Shown here: piece after piece, positions 59,204-64,000 of the stretch
Layout: each line of letters opens with the position of its first letter
How positions within the stretch are numbered: the first letter of the stretch is position 1
Assembly: GCA_965248265.1 (NCBI GenBank)
Contig: CBDFJF010000002.1
Coordinates: 416,001-480,000, forward strand
Source of the DNA: Candidatus Latescibacterota bacterium
GTDB lineage: Bacteria; Latescibacterota; UBA2968; UBA8231
DNA: 64,000 nucleotides
Direction of reading: 5' to 3'
The notes under the pieces: generated by a model
What the model saw: the letters and a program-made list of their open reading frames with translations, nothing else
The model's database searches: none
Told to the model about the DNA's origin: nothing
Program-made: the position numbers and the translations under genes

Positions 59204-62125
59204 TCAGCGCACAGTCAAGGGCTCAGCTATACTTTCCACGAGATCGAGCAAATCGCGGACTCCTCTACCGCGAGGACTGGCTTCGAGCAGGTCCGTCAGC
59301 CGCCCGAGCGAGGTCAGCAGAGCCTGGTCGGCCGCAACGGTGCGCAATGACTCGTCGAGCTGGCGGCTGGTGGCCGCGTGGGCGGACAGATCCACGACGC
59401 TCGACAGTGGCACGCGCAGGGATCGGGCGGCCAGACCGCCGATTCTCAGGGTTTGGAGCCATTTTCCCATGTAGAAGAAGAGAGCAGCTTCCTCGCCGTG
59501 GCCCTGGACGAGTTGGGCCAGGGTCTGGTTTGCCTCGTTAAGGTTGGCGGCGAGTTCCGGCGTGGATTCAGTACCGGGCCGCAGATGCTGGGGCAAGTTT
59601 TCGACAGCCCTGCGCTGTGCCGGGCTTGGGTCGAAGTGGCTCAGCAGCTCGCTCAGGCGTTGTGCCTGGATTTGTGCGCCCGTCAAGTCACGGCTGAATT
59701 GCTGCAGGACCTTCAGTTTGATCCACAGCACTCCAGCTGTAAAGGCTGTTTGAGTTTTCGAGGGTTTGGCGAAAATCCCGAACTCGGTGGCCACTTCCCG
59801 GGTCAGGTCAGCGGCCATCAGCGACCACTCGCGGCCCTGAGCCTGCAGGGTCGAGTCGACGATGGACAGTTGGGCCATGCCAGAACCCAAAAGCATCATC
59901 TTGCCATTGGCCTCATACTGGTCGGGGACTTCCAGACGATACAGATACATTCCACTGGCCACCGGCTGGTGGTTCCCATCCTGCCCGCTCCACACCACCT
60001 CCTGCCTTCCCTCTGATTGATGTTCGTCGACAAGGGTACGCACCATCTGGCCGAGGCTGTTGTAGATGACCAGGCGTACCGGCCCCGAGGTGGCCAGTGT
60101 GTAGGGAATGGTGGTGCTGTAGTCGAAGGGGTTGGGATAGTTCTGCATCAGTTCGAATGCGACTGACTCCAAGGCGGGCGCGTCAGTAACGGCTGTAGCC
60201 ACCTGGGAGGCAAGGTAGTCCTCGTGGGTTAGAAAACCATGCTTGGTATCGCGGAGTACAAACCTCTCCTCCATAGGCTCGCGCAGGCCTGGGTCCGTAC
60301 TGCTGATGCGGATACCGTACCAGGTATCCCCGGGCACCAGGGCTTCAAACACGATGGGTGGAGGTACTATTTTTTCCAATTTTTTTGTTTCTTTGTTAAA
60401 ACGGGACGTCCGTTTCTGCCTTTCGATGCTCAGGTCGCCCTGGATGTCTATCTCGCAAAGCGCAGGATCCAGCCCGCCTCGGAGTCGATCGGTGCCGGCA
60501 AAGCGCACCCGAGTATGTTTGCTCACAAACAGCTTGCCTTCTGGTGCAATGGTCAGATCCCCATCCACAATGATCTCTCCGCCCCAGCTCACTTCGCCGC
60601 GAATGGTACCCGCCCAGTGAGTCGGTTTGATATCCACGACCATGTGAGGGCCCTGGCGGCGAATGTTCTCAAGGGCAAATCCTGTGTTTGCTTCGGCGTA
60701 CTGCCTCCACTGAACTGTTGCGGGATTCGATTGGCGATCCAGGCGCGTAAAGCGGTCGCCATCAAAGGGGTCCGTGGCATCGCCGAGGTTTCCGCCACGA
60801 GCGTCGCGGTAAGCGACATCGTGCGCCCAAAAATCGAGGTTGTCGCGCCCTTCGTGTGGATCAGCCACACCACCGAGCGGGTGACCCGCGTCGCTGTAGA
60901 GCCCGTCGGCACAGACCAGGTTGACTCGCTTGTTTTCCTCATGGTCGTTGGATGGGGTGAAGGTACGCACATGCCATGCCAGTAATCCCTCGGCCGGCAA
61001 GTTGCGATTATAGTAATGGGAGGTGCGGAGTCGCTGCTCCAGCAGGAGGTATTCAGGGACGGACGAGGTTAGCAATTCGATGTATTGCGTGTGCAGCGGA
61101 ATCCTGTAAATGAAGCCCTGCTGATACAGGTCCGAAATAACCAGTCCGGTTGTGTCACTGGACACCTCTATCAACCGCTCGTTGTTCAATCCAATCCAGC
61201 CCAGCTGTTCCAGACTCCATGGAGAGAAGGGGTTGGGGCCATCGTAGCCGTTCCAACCGGACGTGCCCTGTCCCATCAGCCCCCAGCGGCCAATGCCGGC
61301 GCTGTCTTCGGCCGGCGTGTCATAGCTTTTGTCGTAGAGGTCGGGCAGGCCCAGGGCATGTCCGAATTCGTGCGCCATGACCCCCGCCGTTTGGGCGAAC
61401 GAGCCTTCCTTCAGAATGGCGCCATGATACTGCTGGTAGCTGATGCGTGTGGGATTGCCACTGGCAGACACATCAGCCGATCGGTAATCGTCGATAAACC
61501 CCCCTAAATTGGCGATACCGGTTGCACCCTTTAAGAGGAAATCGCGGGGGGCAGAAAGCACGTTGACGAAGACGTAGTCAACCCGGCCGTCATCATCTCC
61601 GGAATCGGGTTCACCGTCCGGGCCGTCGTTGTCGAACGCCCGCAGATCGACATCCCGGTCCACTTTCCTCAGAATCTCCTGCACAAACTCGTTGTAGCGG
61701 CCGAACTCTCCCGACACTCGGGCACGATACGCTGAAGCCGGACGGTTCGAGGCATAGCGCTTGGGCACCACGGTGCCCTCAATCTGCAACTGGCCAAAGG
61801 ACATGGTGTCATAGAAGTGCGTGAAACTGCCCGGATGATCCCGGTCGAACAGCGCCTCTCCGTAGTCGGGGATCCGGTCATTGCCCGGGGCTTCGTCCTT
61901 GAACTTGGCGAAGATGACAAGGACGCCCACTTTGCCGCGAGAAGACACGACATCCGTCTGTGCTGCAAGCCCGAACTCCTCCTCAACCTGGAGCGGGGCC
62001 TCCTCAAAGATTATGTCCGGGGGTGCCGAGGGAGTTGTGCACCCCGTCGTGCAGAGGGTACCGAGCAGCAGCGCCAGGACGGCGCTGCAACGACCGTACT
62101 TCCACAGGAGACATAGATGGGTCAT
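59204..62125 (-). CDS. Secreted M6 metalloprotease with an internal FlgD-Ig domain and an extra helical C-terminal domain
   Basis: HEFGHALGLPDLY and WGLMG; QNYPNPFD..ASGMYLY..KMMLL followed by about 225 more residues; possible lipoprotein Cys (TTGC). Confidence 0.85.
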   Translation of the reverse strand: MTHLCLLWKYGRCSAVLALLLGTLCTTGCTTPSAPPDIIFEEAPLQVEEEFGLAAQTDVVSSRGKVGVLVIFAKFKDEAPGNDRIPDYGEALFDRDHPGSFTHFYDTMSFGQLQIEGTVVPKRYASNRPASAYRARVSGEFGRYNEFVQEILRKVDRDVDLRAFDNDGPDGEPDSGDDDGRVDYVFVNVLSAPRDFLLKGATGIANLGGFIDDYRSADVSASGNPTRISYQQYHGAILKEGSFAQTAGVMAHEFGHALGLPDLYDKSYDTPAEDSAGIGRWGLMGQGTSGWNGYDGPNPFSPWSLEQLGWIGLNNERLIEVSSDTTGLVISDLYQQGFIYRIPLHTQYIELLTSSVPEYLLLEQRLRTSHYYNRNLPAEGLLAWHVRTFTPSNDHEENKRVNLVCADGLYSDAGHPLGGVADPHEGRDNLDFWAHDVAYRDARGGNLGDATDPFDGDRFTRLDRQSNPATVQWRQYAEANTGFALENIRRQGPHMVVDIKPTHWAGTIRGEVSWGGEIIVDGDLTIAPEGKLFVSKHTRVRFAGTDRLRGGLDPALCEIDIQGDLSIERQKRTSRFNKETKKLEKIVPPPIVFEALVPGDTWYGIRISSTDPGLREPMEERFVLRDTKHGFLTHEDYLASQVATAVTDAPALESVAFELMQNYPNPFDYSTTIPYTLATSGPVRLVIYNSLGQMVRTLVDEHQSEGRQEVVWSGQDGNHQPVASGMYLYRLEVPDQYEANGKMMLLGSGMAQLSIVDSTLQAQGREWSLMAADLTREVATEFGIFAKPSKTQTAFTAGVLWIKLKVLQQFSRDLTGAQIQAQRLSELLSHFDPSPAQRRAVENLPQHLRPGTESTPELAANLNEANQTLAQLVQGHGEEAALFFYMGKWLQTLRIGGLAARSLRVPLSSVVDLSAHAATSRQLDESLRTVAADQALLTSLGRLTDLLEASPRGRGVRDLLDLVESIAEPLTVR

Positions 62126-62151
62126 AGGAAGCTCCTTATGGTGTATTGCCG

Positions 62152-63813
62152 TTACTCGTCCACGGCGTATGTCATCCAGCCCATCACTCTACCTGAAGCG
62201 GCCGTGAGAAAGATGACCCTGGCCGGTTCGTAGATGTGGTAGATCGATCGCGATCCCGATACGTGGCCGGTAGGTGAGCCATAGGCCTCCAGCACGTCCT
62301 CCAACTGTTGACCGATGCTCAGGCCACGGGCGCTGCGGCTGGTGTATCCGTTTTCGGTCTCCAGGAAGGTTATCGTGCTGTACCCGGTATCGATGGCGAG
62401 TGAGGACCATGTCTCGGCACGCTTCACGAAAATGTCGATGGCTGGTTGGCTGCGATTGAGCTTGGGCAGGGATGTCCTGGCATCGGGATCATCCATGATG
62501 GAGCTGGCTTCCGCGGCGCTCAATTCTCCTATGGTCTCCGGAGTGGCGAGCCGCACACGGACGCTCGCTGAATCCGCTGCGGCAGGGGCTGACGATGAGA
62601 GGGCGGCTAAGTTCAGGCTGGCCAGCAGCTGGTTGCCGTCCTGCGCCGCGCTGAAATCACGGAGGGCGCACTCCTCATCGGCCGGATCCCCGTGGGCGCA
62701 GGCAATGCCGCGGGCGATCAGCGCATTCGACAGGGATACCGGCTGATCGTCACGACGACCCGCCGACTTGACCGCTTTGCTGGCGAAGAACAGGGCCTCG
62801 TCGTGATCGCCCTGCATGTCAGCGACACACGCCGTATTGGTATAGGCCGCCGTGTACTGTGGATCTCTACTTCGAGCCTGGTCGAAGAAACCGGCAGCCT
62901 CGCTCAGCAGCTCGGATCGGTGGTCGATGCGCTCGTCTATCGAGCCGTAGGCTGCTTTGCGACCGCCCCGCAGACGCGTCGTCGGATCGAGCTCCAGGGG
63001 ATAGGCGAAACGGAGCTCTCCCGTTTCGAACAGTGCCATAGCCTGAAGGGCTCTGGCGACGCCTGCATTGTTGAGGATCTCGCGGCTGGGAAAGTCGCGG
63101 GCGATGTGGTCGAAACAGCGGGACGCCTCCTCGTATTTCGATATGAGCAGGAGCCGGTTGCCTGCCTCGAAGACCGGAACGAGTTTGTGCAGTCTCCGCA
63201 ACGAGCGGTGAGCGATCTCCTGTCGCTCTGAAAGGGCTGGATAACCCGGCAGGTCGTCACTCAACTCGTACTCGAGGTACACCGCTTCCAGGATGCTCGC
63301 GGCGACGCCCAGCGTGTTGTAGCCGGCGACGTATCCGCAAAACCCGCCGAAGTAGTCTGCCTCAGTCTCAATTTTCTCCATGCTGGCCACGCTGCTCCGG
63401 AGTCCGGCAATCGACTGTCCCACCGCCAGGTCGGCAAACCCATTGCCGAAGTCGCCGGGCCAGGCGTGGTCCTTGTAGTAGTGCGCCAGTTCGTGTCCGA
63501 GCAGGGCAGCCAGGGCATTGAGCGAATCGGGCCCGAGAGATACACACAGATCGTAAAGCCGCTCCTCCACTGTCAGGGTATTGCGCCCGGCGCTGTACCA
63601 GGCCGCCTTCATTCGACTGGATACACCGCGAGGCTGTACGTATAGCCTAGGTGCCGTGCGGCCATCGCCGATCGCACGGACCAAGTCATCGTAGACGCGC
63701 TTGGCGGTCCTGTACTTGGGATGGCTTCTGGGCAGGTGATCGGAAGCTGCGGTCACGGCGTCCGAACCGGATAGCAGCACGAGCAGAGGTATGAAGAGCG
63801 CCAGGGTTTTCAC
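62152..63813 (-). CDS. Secreted M48-like zinc peptidase with TPR repeats
   Basis: Signal peptide; LGHELAHYY, ETEADYFG and YPALSER; TPR-like EILNNAGVA and AAYTNTACV. Confidence 0.78.
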   Translation of the reverse strand: MKTLALFIPLLVLLSGSDAVTAASDHLPRSHPKYRTAKRVYDDLVRAIGDGRTAPRLYVQPRGVSSRMKAAWYSAGRNTLTVEERLYDLCVSLGPDSLNALAALLGHELAHYYKDHAWPGDFGNGFADLAVGQSIAGLRSSVASMEKIETEADYFGGFCGYVAGYNTLGVAASILEAVYLEYELSDDLPGYPALSERQEIAHRSLRRLHKLVPVFEAGNRLLLISKYEEASRCFDHIARDFPSREILNNAGVARALQAMALFETGELRFAYPLELDPTTRLRGGRKAAYGSIDERIDHRSELLSEAAGFFDQARSRDPQYTAAYTNTACVADMQGDHDEALFFASKAVKSAGRRDDQPVSLSNALIARGIACAHGDPADEECALRDFSAAQDGNQLLASLNLAALSSSAPAAADSASVRVRLATPETIGELSAAEASSIMDDPDARTSLPKLNRSQPAIDIFVKRAETWSSLAIDTGYSTITFLETENGYTSRSARGLSIGQQLEDVLEAYGSPTGHVSGSRSIYHIYEPARVIFLTAASGRVMGWMTYAVDE

Positions 63814-63830
63814 GGTGCCGATGATTTCCG

Positions 63831-64000
63831 TTATCGAGCCCAGTAGAAGTCGCGCTCGTCGAGCACCGCCGCGTCGCTTTTCAACTCGTCTGCACCCGAG
63901 CTCTCGCTCACTGCGCCTTCGGCGCGCTCTGCTCTGCCCATTGCCACCATGGCGCGATCGAGGTTGCGCTGGAACCCGCGGCTTTGCGGCTCGAGGTCCG
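63831..64000 (-). CDS. C-terminus of an upstream gene, possibly TPR-containing (partial)
   Basis: Open frame DLEPQSRGFQRNLDRAM...ERDFYWAR-TAA ends 18 bp before the next start. Confidence 0.55.
   Translation of the reverse strand, partial: DLEPQSRGFQRNLDRAMVAMGRAERAEGAVSESSGADELKSDAAVLDERDFYWAR

Overview
GC-rich bacterial chromosomal DNA. The mix of many PhyH-family dioxygenases, sugar-acid catabolic enzymes and secreted proteins ending in a PNPF...WDG...SGxYxY (FlgD-Ig/T9SS-type-A-like) domain suggests an FCB-group candidate phylum such as Latescibacterota (inference). From left to right: (i) 1-7 kb, a CDP-3,6-dideoxyhexose (rfbG/F/H) surface-glycan cluster with a polyprenyl-phosphate GT2 and a B12-dependent radical SAM enzyme; (ii) 7-47.5 kb, a patchwork of catabolic and housekeeping genes, with two inverted near-identical IS630 copies bracketing about 30 kb, an IS481, a 198-bp structured MITE, a vapBC module, three degraded genes, a DUF1998 helicase-exonuclease fusion with tandem SOS-like boxes, and a candidate ~190-nt structured ncRNA; (iii) 47.8-64 kb, a locus of secreted zinc proteases (two M6, one M48-TPR), a tandemly duplicated lipoprotein pair and an NHL propeller, plus a convergent 18-residue-repeat coiled-coil membrane protein. 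This last locus carries two near-consensus sigma-54 promoters and a triple palindromic enhancer. No rRNA, tRNA or CRISPR array was seen. All product calls come from motif recognition by eye, not from database searches.
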